A stretch of 64,000 nucleotides of DNA. It comes from a bacterium (GTDB lineage: Bacteria > Patescibacteriota > Minisyncoccia > Phycocordibacterales > Phycocordibacteraceae). This document shows positions 9,277 through 18,915 of this stretch, piece after piece. The translations under genes were made by a program, and so were the position numbers. The notes under the pieces were generated by a model. It had not been told where the DNA came from and ran no database searches. It saw nothing but the letters and a program-made list of their open reading frames with translations. The stretch's first letter is position 1. Each line of letters begins with the position of its first letter. The DNA is taken from positions 544,001 to 608,000 of the forward strand of contig JBBCGK010000001.1 of the NCBI GenBank assembly GCA_037200965.1, in the 5' to 3' direction.

Positions 9277-9866
9277 GTTAAGGAATCTTGCTTTGCCTGC
9301 GTAGGCGCGGCTCCATAAATTTTGTTGAAAAACTCGTACTTCTTCCGCATATACTCTCTCCGCTTCATTCCCTCAGCCCCGAGCTTCAGTTGCTCGTATT
9401 CTTTAGCGAGTGCCGGTGATTGGAGAAGAACTTCGTGCGTCTTTATTTGTTCGGCTAAAAGCGGGCTGAGGGTGCCGTTTAAATAAAGCTCGACGGGAAA
9501 GCCGTTCCGCTTGAATTTCCACTCTGCCCAGTTTCTCTGCGGTTTGAAGCTGGTTGGCTCGCCGTATAATCTTTTCAGTGATTCCAGTTCGTCGTCAAAC
9601 GATCCCGAGCTCACGATACTAATATCAATGTCGTTCTCTCCCGCGATACCAAGCCGACTTGAGCCTATATAATGAAGAGACGACCGGGATAATATTTTCC
9701 CGACTTCTTCGCAAATCTTGAAACCCTCCTCCCGTGCGCGCGGGTCAAAGAGCTTAATACGGACGATCTCCTCGTCGGATAAGGTCCCGAGATATTTTTC
9801 TTGGGCGGGAGTAATCATTCTGCTGAGTATAGAATACAAAAATCCCGCGCATAATCCTCCAGGCAC
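9273..9866 (-). CDS. GrpB-family (UPF0157) nucleotidyltransferase-fold protein; likely true start 9818
   Basis: HYIGSSRLGIAGENDIDISIV matches the GrpB H-x-GS-x(n)-DIDI core; locally lower GC than flanks. Confidence 0.5.
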   Translation of the reverse strand: MPGGLCAGFLYSILSRMITPAQEKYLGTLSDEEIVRIKLFDPRAREEGFKICEEVGKILSRSSLHYIGSSRLGIAGENDIDISIVSSGSFDDELESLKRLYGEPTSFKPQRNWAEWKFKRNGFPVELYLNGTLSPLLAEQIKTHEVLLQSPALAKEYEQLKLGAEGMKRREYMRKKYEFFNKIYGAAPTQAKQDSLT

Positions 9867-10054
9867 GCATTCTATAAATAGAATGTGGACGAGACACCTG
9901 AGGATGCAACCAGCGCACCGCGAGCAAGCGCGGTACCAGTCAGTCCTTGGGGAAACGCCCTAAGCCGTCAAGCCTTGCCTAGAGGATTATATGCGGGATT
10001 AAAAGAAACGGGCCCTCGGGCCTGTGTGATACAATGCTAGCATAGTGCAATTTT

Positions 10055-11047
10055 ATGTCAAGTACCCCCGATCTTAAGGCCGCTTCTCTTCCGCCGCTTG
10101 ATCAGGCGCTTGACGCGGCGCTCCGGCCTTCCGCCTGGGACGACTACGTGGGTCAGGGGCACGTAAAAGCGAACGTGAAAGTGGTTTTGGAAGCCGCGAA
10201 GAAGCGCGGCGACATGCCCGAGCACATTCTTTTCTACGGACCGCCGGGAGTCGGCAAGACGACGCTCGCGCACCTCGTCGCAAACACGCTCGGAGCGCCC
10301 CTGAAGTCGACGAGCGGCGTCGCGATCGAGCGCGCGGCCGATCTCGCAGCCATTCTCACGAATCTTGAGCCCGGCACGGTGCTCTTTATCGACGAGATAC
10401 ATCAGTTGGGAAACAAAATAGAAGAACTCCTCTATCCCGCGCTCGAATCCGGGACTCTCGATATCGTGCTCGGGAAAGGACCTTCGGCGCGCACGGTCGA
10501 GCTCGCGCTTCCCCGCTTTACGCTTGTGGGCGCGACGACGCGCGTCGCGCAGATCTCCTCGCCGCTGCGCTCCCGCTTTGGCGGCGGCGTATACCAGCTC
10601 GATTTTTATAACGACGACGACCTGCGCGCGATCATCAAGCGTTCCGCGAAGGTGCTCGGGCTCGACGCCCCCGCGGAAGTCGTCGAGCGGGTCGCGGCGA
10701 GAAGCCGCGCAACCCCGAGAATCGCGAACGCGCTTCTGAAACGCGTCCGGGACTTCTCCGAAGTCGAGGAAAAGAAACTCTCGGCCGAGCTCTGCGACGA
10801 AGCCTGCGAGCTGTTCGGCATCGATACCCTCGGACTTACCAAAGACGACCGCCGCTATCTTGAGACACTTGAAAAGGGCTTCAAAGGAGGGCCCGCGGGC
10901 ATTCGCGCCCTGGCTTCCGCGCTTCATGAGGATCCTGATACGGTCGAGAACGTGTATGAACCTTATCTTCTTCGCCTTGGTATGATCGAGCGGTCGCCGC
11001 GCGGGCGAATGCTTACACAAAAAGGCCGAACATATCTGAAAGGTTAG
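10055..11047 (+). CDS. ruvB: Holliday junction branch-migration helicase RuvB
   Basis: Walker A GPPGVGKTTLA, Walker B LFIDEIH, sensor motifs and C-terminal winged helix; 330 aa. Confidence 0.9.
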   Translation: MSSTPDLKAASLPPLDQALDAALRPSAWDDYVGQGHVKANVKVVLEAAKKRGDMPEHILFYGPPGVGKTTLAHLVANTLGAPLKSTSGVAIERAADLAAILTNLEPGTVLFIDEIHQLGNKIEELLYPALESGTLDIVLGKGPSARTVELALPRFTLVGATTRVAQISSPLRSRFGGGVYQLDFYNDDDLRAIIKRSAKVLGLDAPAEVVERVAARSRATPRIANALLKRVRDFSEVEEKKLSAELCDEACELFGIDTLGLTKDDRRYLETLEKGFKGGPAGIRALASALHEDPDTVENVYEPYLLRLGMIERSPRGRMLTQKGRTYLKG

Positions 11048-11142
11048 TACTGCGCGTGCTGAATTAGCCCCGGGCTCATTACCAAACGACAAGGACAGGG
11101 CCGGGGACATCGGTAGTTCGAAACAGTTCAGGCTTGGCCGAT

Positions 11143-12570
11143 TTACATAAGCAGGAAGTAGTCGAGTGGAAGCTTCACTACATTCTCTTCCCTTGAGAGC
11201 AACAGGCTTGTAGTGCAGACAACGACTCCGAAATCGGTCTTGAAGTTTACCATCGTCGCTTTCACTTGTTCGTAGTTCTTTCGTCCGAGACCGACCTCAA
11301 AGGCAAGCTGCTTCTTGTCGGCGATCTGTACCAGGAAGTCGGCGCTACTCTTGGACGGGTCGTGCGTTAATCCTCCCGTCCTGGTTGCCACGAACTCCCG
11401 ATAGAAGTGGAGGCCTGCTATGTCTTCAAGATACTTGCCTTTTCTCGCAAGATACGTGCCTTCAATGCCGCTGACACTGAGAAGCGCCGAGCGAATTGCC
11501 GGACTCATGAACAGATACTTGGCTGGCTTACGCGCTTGCGCCGTTTTAGAGCCTTGGGCGGGTACTTTGATTATAAGTTCGGCTCGTTCAAGCACGTCCA
11601 GTACGGCCATGACCGTGTTATAGCTTAGCTGGACAACATTTTTTACATTGTTGACGCTTACAATGTCGCTATCGGCCATGATAAAGAGGAGGCGCTTGAT
11701 CGCGCTGAGCGTCGGCGCATCAAACTGCCCGAGGTCCTTTATATCTTTATCAATGATTCGATCCAGGAGAATGTTGATGTTGTCGTAAGCATTCGGGGTT
11801 ATCGCGCGGAGAGTAAAGGGCAGGGTGCCGTTCAAAAGGTATTCGTCGATTTCGGCTCGGTCAAAACGGGCCCACTGCGCCGCGACGTTTTGTTCAAGTT
11901 TCTTAAGCCGGTCGAAAGCGTCTCCGGCATTAGAAGCCCCATATAGCGCATCCTTAATCTTCTCCTTGAGTCCCGCCTGAGGGAAGATATTATGCTTGAT
12001 CATCTGGTACTCACCGAAACTAAGGGGATAAAGCTTCTCGAACTGCGCCCGACGAGCGACGTCCGGGTTTGACTGGAGCGACACCGCTGATGAACCGGTG
12101 CAGAACAGGAATACATTTCTCGCTCGGTCATGGAGAGACTTCAGGACCGCTGCCCAGTTTTTATCCTGCTGCACTTCATCAATGAAGAGCAGCACCGGAG
12201 TATCGAGGCTCTCGAACGGTTTCCCGAGAATGGATTCATAAGCGTCTAAAGCATCGTTCAGGGTCATGCCCCGGGTGACGAGATCGTCGACCGACATATA
12301 AAGGAAGCTGGTCGGGGCTTTGGAGACACGCCTCGTAGAGAGAAAGACCTGAGCCATTGCAGTAGTCTTTCCAACACCGCGCAGCCCAGGGACAATTATC
12401 CAGCGTACCGTTCGGGCACCTTCAAGGAAATCATTCACATACTTTTTTATACGGATAACGATATGTCTTTCCGGAAAGGTGAACGTGGCCGTTTGAAACA
12501 CGTACGGGCGGAGGCGGTCCTCGCTACGGTTTAGCTGATTTTGAATATACTCAAGGGCTTCGGTATTCAT
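11143..12570 (-). CDS. AAA-family ATPase with C-terminal DUF4143-like domain
   Basis: Walker A GLRGVGKTT, Walker B LLFIDEVQ; 475 aa; gene and its 5' intergenic region are lower-GC than the neighbouring ruv genes. Confidence 0.65.
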   Translation of the reverse strand: MNTEALEYIQNQLNRSEDRLRPYVFQTATFTFPERHIVIRIKKYVNDFLEGARTVRWIIVPGLRGVGKTTAMAQVFLSTRRVSKAPTSFLYMSVDDLVTRGMTLNDALDAYESILGKPFESLDTPVLLFIDEVQQDKNWAAVLKSLHDRARNVFLFCTGSSAVSLQSNPDVARRAQFEKLYPLSFGEYQMIKHNIFPQAGLKEKIKDALYGASNAGDAFDRLKKLEQNVAAQWARFDRAEIDEYLLNGTLPFTLRAITPNAYDNINILLDRIIDKDIKDLGQFDAPTLSAIKRLLFIMADSDIVSVNNVKNVVQLSYNTVMAVLDVLERAELIIKVPAQGSKTAQARKPAKYLFMSPAIRSALLSVSGIEGTYLARKGKYLEDIAGLHFYREFVATRTGGLTHDPSKSSADFLVQIADKKQLAFEVGLGRKNYEQVKATMVNFKTDFGVVVCTTSLLLSREENVVKLPLDYFLLM

Positions 12571-12949
12571 AGGACTTATTCACTAGGATAATGAAGTGTT
12601 GTCGACTACTTATTCAGTCTATTGGATAAGTAACTTTTGTCAACAGGGAAATCATAGAATATGGGCTCTTTTGTCGAATTTACTTTTTATCCACATAATC
12701 CACGGATTGGGGATAAATATAACTGAGAAAAGGTTCTTTGCTAAGTTGTGCTTTTTGGAACAACTTTTTAAGGACATCTGTCGAGGGGTCTTCAACTCTT
12801 TCGACGAACGGCGATACGACAAAAGAAAGGGGGGCGTCCACTCCTGGGACACCCCTTTCGTCGATCATTATACATGCGGCGGATGAGGCTTCAAAGAAAC
12901 CTCATCAGTCACATGTATATATCTCTTTTTTTATACTAGTATTCATACC

Positions 12950-13507
12950 GTGGCCGGACACTCCAAATGGGCGCAGATAAAGCGGGCGAAGGCGGTGACG
13001 GACAGCGCGCGGGCGCGGGTCTTCGCACGATTCGCCAAGCAGATCACACTCGAATCGAAGCGTGCGGGAGGAAGCCTTTCGGACCCGGGACTCGTGGCGG
13101 TGATAACGCGCGCGAAGGCGGCGAATATGCCTAAGGACAATATCGAGCGTGCGGTCGCGAAAGGCCTCTCAAAGGATTCCGGAGCCCTGGAGCGCGTCGT
13201 ATACGAATTCTATGGGCCAAGCGGTGCCGCGATCATCGTCGACGCTCTCACGGACAGCCGGAACCGGACGACCCAGGAGATAAAGCACCTGCTCTCGAAG
13301 AACGGCTTCGAGCTCGGAGCCCCGGGCTCTGCGGCCTGGGCATTCACGAAATCCCGCGAAGGCGGATTTTCTCCGAATGAGCCTTTGACGGAACTTTCGG
13401 AAACCGACGGCGAATCGCTCTCCTCCCTCCTCACGCTCCTCGACGACTACGAAGACACCCAGGCGGTCTATACGAACGCCAGAGGCTATGAAAGCACGGA
13501 AGAATAA
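12950..13507 (+). CDS. yebC: YebC/PmpR-family probable transcriptional regulator
   Basis: N-terminus MAGHSKWAQIKRAKAVTDSARARVF is diagnostic of YebC family. Confidence 0.85.
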   Translation: MAGHSKWAQIKRAKAVTDSARARVFARFAKQITLESKRAGGSLSDPGLVAVITRAKAANMPKDNIERAVAKGLSKDSGALERVVYEFYGPSGAAIIVDALTDSRNRTTQEIKHLLSKNGFELGAPGSAAWAFTKSREGGFSPNEPLTELSETDGESLSSLLTLLDDYEDTQAVYTNARGYESTEE

Positions 13508-13988
13508 CGTGCGCCGCGTTCTTGCGATCGATCCCGGCTTCGACCGCATGGGGCTTGCGGTACTTGAAGGCGACCCGAGTCGCCCTACGCTCGTCTGGAG
13601 CGATTGCGTGCTTCCCGCGAAAGGACGCAAGGAGGAGCGGCTTGCGGAAGTCTTCAGGGCGGTCGTGGCGGCGATAAAAAAACACCGGCCGGACACCTTC
13701 GCGCTTGAGACCCTGTTCTTCAGCGTCAACAAGAAGACGGCGCTCGGGGTCGCGGAGGCCCGTGGCGCCGTGCTTGCCGCGGCAGGCGCTGCCCTGCTCC
13801 CCGTCCGGGAATACTCCCCGCAACAGGTGAAGCTCGCCGTTACGGGGCACGGAGGGGCAGATAAAAAGGCGGTGGCGCTCATGATTCCCCGGCTCCTTTC
13901 GCTCTCCAAAAAGCCACGGCTTGACGACGAGCTCGATGCGATAGCGGTCGGTATCGCGGCGCTTTCCGACCGCTATCCACAGGCCTGA
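13488..13988 (+). CDS. ruvC: Holliday junction resolvase RuvC
   Basis: VLAIDPGFDRMGLAVLE catalytic Asp block, second acidic block ALETLFF, C-terminal DDELDAIAVGIA; overlaps yebC 3' end. Confidence 0.8.
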   Translation: MKARKNNVRRVLAIDPGFDRMGLAVLEGDPSRPTLVWSDCVLPAKGRKEERLAEVFRAVVAAIKKHRPDTFALETLFFSVNKKTALGVAEARGAVLAAAGAALLPVREYSPQQVKLAVTGHGGADKKAVALMIPRLLSLSKKPRLDDELDAIAVGIAALSDRYPQA

Positions 13989-14090
13989 TCCGGACGGCTT
14001 GCAAAGGAAACGTCTTTACGGCACTCTGGTGGCGACGCGCGGGCACTTGCAAAAGGAAGCAAGCGCAAATTGATGAATTAACTGCTCTAC

Positions 14091-14225
14091 ATGTCGGACG
14101 AACAAGAGGACGTGCTCGGTGAGGAAACGGAAGCACCGAAAGAACTCGACGGCGACGAAGGCGAGGATCTCGGACTCGACGAAGTCGAGACGGTCGGCGA
14201 AGAGGACGAGGAGGAATCTTTCTAA
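14091..14225 (+). CDS. 44-aa extremely acidic micro-protein (hypothetical)
   Basis: ATG..TAA ORF MSDEQEDVLGEETEAPKELDGDEGEDLGLDEVETVGEEDEEESF (about 50% Asp/Glu), immediately followed by a perfect terminator hairpin; below the ORF-track size cutoff. Confidence 0.3.
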   Translation: MSDEQEDVLGEETEAPKELDGDEGEDLGLDEVETVGEEDEEESF

Positions 14226-14270
14226 AGAAAGCAAAGCGGGCGCGGACCCCTAAGTCCGCGCCCGCTTTGC
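14226..14270 (+). terminator. Intrinsic terminator / long perfect palindrome
   Basis: AGCAAAGCGGGCGCGGAC-CCCTAA-GTCCGCGCCCGCTTTGCT: 18-bp perfect stem followed by a TATACT element upstream of the PBP gene. Confidence 0.55.
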
Positions 14271-14284
14271 TATACTGACGGGCA

Positions 14285-16372
14285 ATGACCAAGCGAGCGC
14301 GCGTCCGCCCGAAGCGGCACCACTTCATCCTTACGCTCGCGCTTTTCGCGGCGGGCCTCGTGCTTATCCTCGTCGGCGTCGGCGCGGTATGGATAGCCCT
14401 CGCGCCCACCCCCGACATCGATTCCTTCGCAACCCGGGAGATAAGCCAGTCGACGAAGATATACGACCGTACCGGCACCATCCTCCTCTATGACCTCAAT
14501 ACCGATACCCGGCGCGATATCGTAAGCCTCGCGAGCACGTCGCCCTATGTCCAGAAGGCGACGGTCGCGATCGAGGACGCGGATTTCTATCAGCACTCGG
14601 GCATCCGCATCACCTCGATCTTCCGCGCCATCCTCGCCGACCTCACGCCGGGCGGCCTCACCCAGGGCGGCTCGACCATCACGCAGCAGGTGGTGAAGAA
14701 ATCCATCCTCACGGACGAGAAGAGCATCACCCGCAAGGTGCACGAATGGATACTCGCCATAAAGCTCGAACAGAAATACTCCAAGGATCAGATTCTCGAA
14801 ACGTATCTCAACGAAGTCCCGTACGGCGGCAGCCTCTACGGCATCGAATCGGCAAGCGAGGCGTATTTCGGCACGAATGCGGGAGGGCTCTCGCTCGCCG
14901 AGTCCGCGTATCTCGCCGCAATCCCCCAGGCTCCCACGTACTATTCCCCGTACGGAAGCCACCGCGCCTCGCTTGATGCCCGCCAGGCCCTGGTGCTCGA
15001 GCGCATGAAGGAACTCGGGTTCATAACCGACGAGGAATACGCGGCGGCGAAGGCGGAGGTGGTGACGTTCAACCCGCAGCAGCCTTCCTCGATCATCGCC
15101 CCGCACTTCGTCTTCTATATACGGGAATACCTCGAGAACAAGTACGGCCCGCAGGAACTCGCTTCAGGAGGGCTTAAAGTAGTGACGACGCTCGACGCGG
15201 ATCTTGAGCACGACGCGGAGTCTCTCGTAAACAAGTATGCGCTTGAGAACGTGAAGAAATTCAACGCGAGCAACGCTTCCCTCGTCGCGATCGACCCCAA
15301 GACCGGGCAGATACTCGCGATGGTGGGCTCGAGGGACTATTTCGACAAGGACATCCAGGGGAACTTCAACGCCGCGACCTCACACCGCCAGCCAGGCTCG
15401 ACCTTCAAGCCCTTCGTCTATGCGGCGGCGCTCAGGAAAGGCTTTACGCCCGACACCGCGATATTTGACGTGCCGACCCAGTTCTCCACTTCCTGCAGCC
15501 CCTCGGATATTTATAACGACACCCCTCCCTGCTACGCTCCGAGCGACTATGACGACAAGTTCCGCGGCCCCATGACCTTCACGACGGCGCTCGCGCAGTC
15601 GATCAACGTGCCGGCGGTGAAGACGCTCTATCTCGCGGGAATACAGAACGTGCTCGATGTCGCAAGCGCGATGGGCATCACCTCGCTTGGCGACCGCAAG
15701 CAATACGGACTCTCGCTTGCGCTTGGCGCGGGCGAAGTTTCGCTCCTTGAGCTCACGAGTGCGTACAGCGCCTTCGCCGCCGACGGGGTACGGAATCCTC
15801 CGGTCGGGATACTCTCGGTCACCGACAGCGCCGGAAACACGCTTGAGGAATACACGCCCGCCCCCGAGCAGGCGCTCGATCCGAACGTGGCCCGGGAGAT
15901 GTCCGCCATGCTCTCGAACAACCCGGCCCGGTTCCCCGAATACCCGCCCCAGAATCCGCTCAATATCCCCGGATATGATGTGGCGGTCAAAACGGGAACG
16001 ACGAACGACTATAAGGACGCATGGACGGTCGGCTATACGCCGTCGATCGCGATCGGCGTGTGGGCCGGGAACAACGACAACAGCCAGATGGTGAAGGAGA
16101 TCGCGGGCTATATCGTCGCCCCGATGTGGAACGCGGTGATGGTCAAGGCGCTCGCCAAGTATCCGAAGGAATACTTTGGAGAGCCGATACCACCGCCCGA
16201 GATTTCGCCGATACTTCAGGGCATCTGGAATCCCGAAGGGCAGGTACACAGCGAGCTCTACTGGCTTGATAAAGATAATCCGCAGGGAGGGGCGCCGGGG
16301 AATCCGGGGAACGATCCGCAGTATCGGTACTGGGAGTATGCGGTGCAGTCGTGGTTTGGGAGGTCTATTTGA
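14285..16372 (+). CDS. Class A penicillin-binding protein (bifunctional glycosyltransferase GT51 / transpeptidase)
   Basis: N-terminal TM anchor; GT51 motifs EDADFYQHSGI, GGSTITQQVVK, RKVHEWILAIKLE; transpeptidase STFKPF, SxN and KTGT motifs. Confidence 0.9.
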   Translation: MTKRARVRPKRHHFILTLALFAAGLVLILVGVGAVWIALAPTPDIDSFATREISQSTKIYDRTGTILLYDLNTDTRRDIVSLASTSPYVQKATVAIEDADFYQHSGIRITSIFRAILADLTPGGLTQGGSTITQQVVKKSILTDEKSITRKVHEWILAIKLEQKYSKDQILETYLNEVPYGGSLYGIESASEAYFGTNAGGLSLAESAYLAAIPQAPTYYSPYGSHRASLDARQALVLERMKELGFITDEEYAAAKAEVVTFNPQQPSSIIAPHFVFYIREYLENKYGPQELASGGLKVVTTLDADLEHDAESLVNKYALENVKKFNASNASLVAIDPKTGQILAMVGSRDYFDKDIQGNFNAATSHRQPGSTFKPFVYAAALRKGFTPDTAIFDVPTQFSTSCSPSDIYNDTPPCYAPSDYDDKFRGPMTFTTALAQSINVPAVKTLYLAGIQNVLDVASAMGITSLGDRKQYGLSLALGAGEVSLLELTSAYSAFAADGVRNPPVGILSVTDSAGNTLEEYTPAPEQALDPNVAREMSAMLSNNPARFPEYPPQNPLNIPGYDVAVKTGTTNDYKDAWTVGYTPSIAIGVWAGNNDNSQMVKEIAGYIVAPMWNAVMVKALAKYPKEYFGEPIPPPEISPILQGIWNPEGQVHSELYWLDKDNPQGGAPGNPGNDPQYRYWEYAVQSWFGRSI

Positions 16373-16388
16373 GAAGGAATAACCTTGC

Positions 16389-16457
16389 GCGAGTTGGTCG
16401 TCTAAGACGATTTTGGAACATGCCCTGGCACAGCGAGGTTCGAACCCCGACAACGGA
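16389..16457. repeat. GC-rich extragenic repeat family, copy A
   Basis: Contains CGAGTTGGTCGTCTAAGAC and CCCTGGCACAGCGAGGTTCGAACC blocks shared with copies at 16868, 18398 and 19601. Confidence 0.45.
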
Positions 16458-16554
16458 GCACGACATTGACAGTAGTAACATAGTTTAGTACAAGGATTAT
16501 AGGGTCTAGATTCTTCCGGCAGTTCCAATCTTCTGTCGCGCTCAGGAGGGCATC

Positions 16555-16806
16555 ATGTATTACTCTGAATCTTTGAGCCGCCTCGGCTTCAAGAAAGTTA
16601 CCGGGCCTGTGCCCTGTCTGCACCGGACGCATCGCGGCGTTTATACCACCGGAGAATATTTTGGCACGGTGTGGACCTGCGCCAGCGACGAAGACTATGC
16701 TCTGTGGATCAAGAAAGGAAATGGTGAGATTGGTCAGTATGGCTTTACGAAGGTCTCCAACCTTTCCGTGGATATAACAGGGCTTGAACCGGTTCCCTTG
16801 GAGTAA
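16555..16806 (+). CDS. hypothetical protein (83 aa), island cargo
   Basis: Good SD (AGGAGG 7 nt upstream of ATG); low-GC; no recognisable motif. Confidence 0.35.
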   Translation: MYYSESLSRLGFKKVTGPVPCLHRTHRGVYTTGEYFGTVWTCASDEDYALWIKKGNGEIGQYGFTKVSNLSVDITGLEPVPLE

Positions 16807-16867
16807 GGGAGCCGGTTTTTTGAACGTCTTCCACCAACCTGATTTGAATATTCTTCGTGAAAATGTC

Positions 16868-16975
16868 AGCTAGCCGTCCGGCACGAAGTTGGAGCCTTAG
16901 CTCAAGAAAAAACGTATATTTATTTTAACCCATAGCGACTCATGAAAGTTATGGGCCGACCGTCTCGAGCGCGCA
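16868..16975. repeat. GC-rich extragenic repeat family, copy D (two sub-blocks)
   Basis: CCGTCCGGCACGAAGTTGGAGCC and GGGCCGACCGTCTCGAGCGCGCAAGGG embedded in AT-rich spacer; shares motifs with copies A, B and C. Confidence 0.4.
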
Positions 16976-16987
16976 AGGGAAACTGTC

Positions 16988-18406
16988 TTACTCAACCCTT
17001 ATTAGCGGCGTTGCCCCGAAAGTAACCTTCTGTGGTATTCCGTCCTTTATATCGCTAAATGTAGCTATTTCCCCTCTCGAACTAAATCCGCTCCCTCCTT
17101 TTAATAGGAACTTACTTTCATCTATCGACTGAAGAATCGTTTTATTGCTACCAAATAGTGGAGAGCTTGTATTCATATCAAAAGAAACTAGCGTATCTTT
17201 TATCTTAACTACTACCTTGTCTTCTCCAGAATTCCGATAAATACCTTCGTATTTTATACCATCAACTTTATTTTCCGACGTGTAATCAGAATTATTTTCA
17301 GTAAGACTGTATATTGCTTGAAAAATGCTCTGGGCATATGCCCATACCGGAGCTTTTGAGGTATTTGCGAGCACAACAACACCAAGTTCATTCCCGTAAT
17401 CAATGGCAACCTTTGATACAAAACCTTTGAAGCCTCCGCCATGGCCATATACTTTTTTAGAACTAACGTCATACATTTCAATCCCTAAACAGTATTTATC
17501 CGTACTCCTGGTATAGAAATCAGGCTCTGTAACCATACTTTGTTTAGATTCATTCTTTAAAAGAATCTCTGGTGCCTTAAACGGGAAGGTGGCTATATAT
17601 CTTGCAAGATCAATAGCATTTGAAATAAAGCCAGTCGCTGGCGCATAGGCATTAGCAGAGTAATGCCCGTACTTTTCCCTTTCCTGACCTGGTATTTCTC
17701 GTCCAAGGCCATTAGCAAGACCTCCTATATCTTTTTTATAATCAGTGAAGGTTGAGACCATGTCTAGCCTATCTAAGATATTTGCTTGAATATATTCCTC
17801 ATAAGACAGGCCGCTTACAGCAGCAATAAGTTCGCCTAAAACCGCGAAGCCGTAATTGGAGTATTTGAACTGAGAAGATGGTTTAAAAACCAAAGCTTCG
17901 TCTAAAAGAAGCTGAAGCGTCGTGGGGAATTCACCTGTAAACCAATGGGGTGTAGTACCTTCGCTCCAAATACCAGACGTGTGAGACAGTAATTCGTTAA
18001 TTGTAATATCTTCTAATTTGCCGTTTTCATTCTCTCCTTTGAACCATGGGAGATACTTTGAGACTGAATCTGTGAGTTTGATCTTTTCTTCTTCTACGAG
18101 TTGAAAAACTGCAACCGATGTAAACATCTTTGAAACAGAACCAATGTGATATAGGGTGTTTTCACTAACTTCAATCTTTTTTTCTAGGTCAGCATATCCA
18201 AAACCCTTCTTATACAAAACTTCTCCTTTATAAATAATTGCAATTGAAACACCAAGCACTTTATCGTATTGCAGTCTTAAAGGAAGCCATACCTCCAATA
18301 GATGCGCGACTTCTTTGATTGCTGATTTAATGTCGATCTCCACAACTATAATTGTAGTACAAAAAATGAAGTACCACGAGCAGTACGATTGTTCTGCGCC
18401 TCTCAA
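16988..18406 (-). CDS. Beta-lactamase-family serine hydrolase (class C beta-lactamase / PBP4-like / esterase fold); probable true start near 18343 (GTG)
   Basis: S-x-x-K active-site motif SVSKMF after the YHIGS block; YxN-like and later motifs of the family; about 450 aa; markedly low GC; the listed 5' extension uses a TTG and overlaps repeat copy B. Confidence 0.7.
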   Translation of the reverse strand: MRGAEQSYCSWYFIFCTTIIVVEIDIKSAIKEVAHLLEVWLPLRLQYDKVLGVSIAIIYKGEVLYKKGFGYADLEKKIEVSENTLYHIGSVSKMFTSVAVFQLVEEEKIKLTDSVSKYLPWFKGENENGKLEDITINELLSHTSGIWSEGTTPHWFTGEFPTTLQLLLDEALVFKPSSQFKYSNYGFAVLGELIAAVSGLSYEEYIQANILDRLDMVSTFTDYKKDIGGLANGLGREIPGQEREKYGHYSANAYAPATGFISNAIDLARYIATFPFKAPEILLKNESKQSMVTEPDFYTRSTDKYCLGIEMYDVSSKKVYGHGGGFKGFVSKVAIDYGNELGVVVLANTSKAPVWAYAQSIFQAIYSLTENNSDYTSENKVDGIKYEGIYRNSGEDKVVVKIKDTLVSFDMNTSSPLFGSNKTILQSIDESKFLLKGGSGFSSRGEIATFSDIKDGIPQKVTFGATPLIRVE

Positions 18407-18460
18407 GCGCGAAACCCTGGCACGAGTTGGCTGGCCGCCTCGAGTTCGAACCGTATAGAG
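18398..18460. repeat. GC-rich extragenic repeat family, copy B
   Basis: CAAGCGCGAAACCCTGGCACGAGTTGGCTGGCCGCCTCGAGTTCGAACC; about 85% identical to copy C. Confidence 0.5.
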
Positions 18461-18528
18461 ACAAGTCCGGGTTAGTACGTTTGATGAGTTTCGAGAATAT
18501 AAAACGATGCGTCTCGTGCGGCGAGGAC

Positions 18529-18903
18529 TTAGTTACCAAATACTACTTCTACATTATTTCCATCTGGATCTAGTACAAATGCTCCGTAGTAGTTTTCGTG
18601 ATATTCAGACCTAATACCTGGTGTTCCGTTATCTCTTCCTCCCGCATCAAGAGCTAATTTATGGAACTCATCCACCTCCTGTCTTGATTGAGCTTTCCAA
18701 GCGATGTGTGCTGGACCACTTATGGGTGCTTCACCGGCAAAGAACGTATTTGTCTTACCATCCTTTCCGAAGCCAATAACACGAACATGATCTTCATATG
18801 TTTGATCAAAGTTCAGTGAATATCCAAGGGGAGAAAGCGCAGCAGAATAGAATCGAGCTGTAGCTGCAATGTCACTTACTTTAAAAGTTATATGGTCGAG
18901 CAT
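18529..18903 (-). CDS. VOC-family protein (glyoxalase / bleomycin-resistance / dioxygenase fold)
   Basis: MLDHITFKVSDIAATARFYSAALSPLGY N-terminal beta-alpha-beta-beta-beta module and second module ending YYGAFVLDPDGNNVEVV; low GC. Confidence 0.65.
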   Translation of the reverse strand: MLDHITFKVSDIAATARFYSAALSPLGYSLNFDQTYEDHVRVIGFGKDGKTNTFFAGEAPISGPAHIAWKAQSRQEVDEFHKLALDAGGRDNGTPGIRSEYHENYYGAFVLDPDGNNVEVVFGN

Positions 18904-18915
18904 ATATGAATTATA

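Noticed and set aside
15380-16528. 382-aa minus-strand ORF
   Set aside because: Antisense to the class A PBP gene; Arg-rich.
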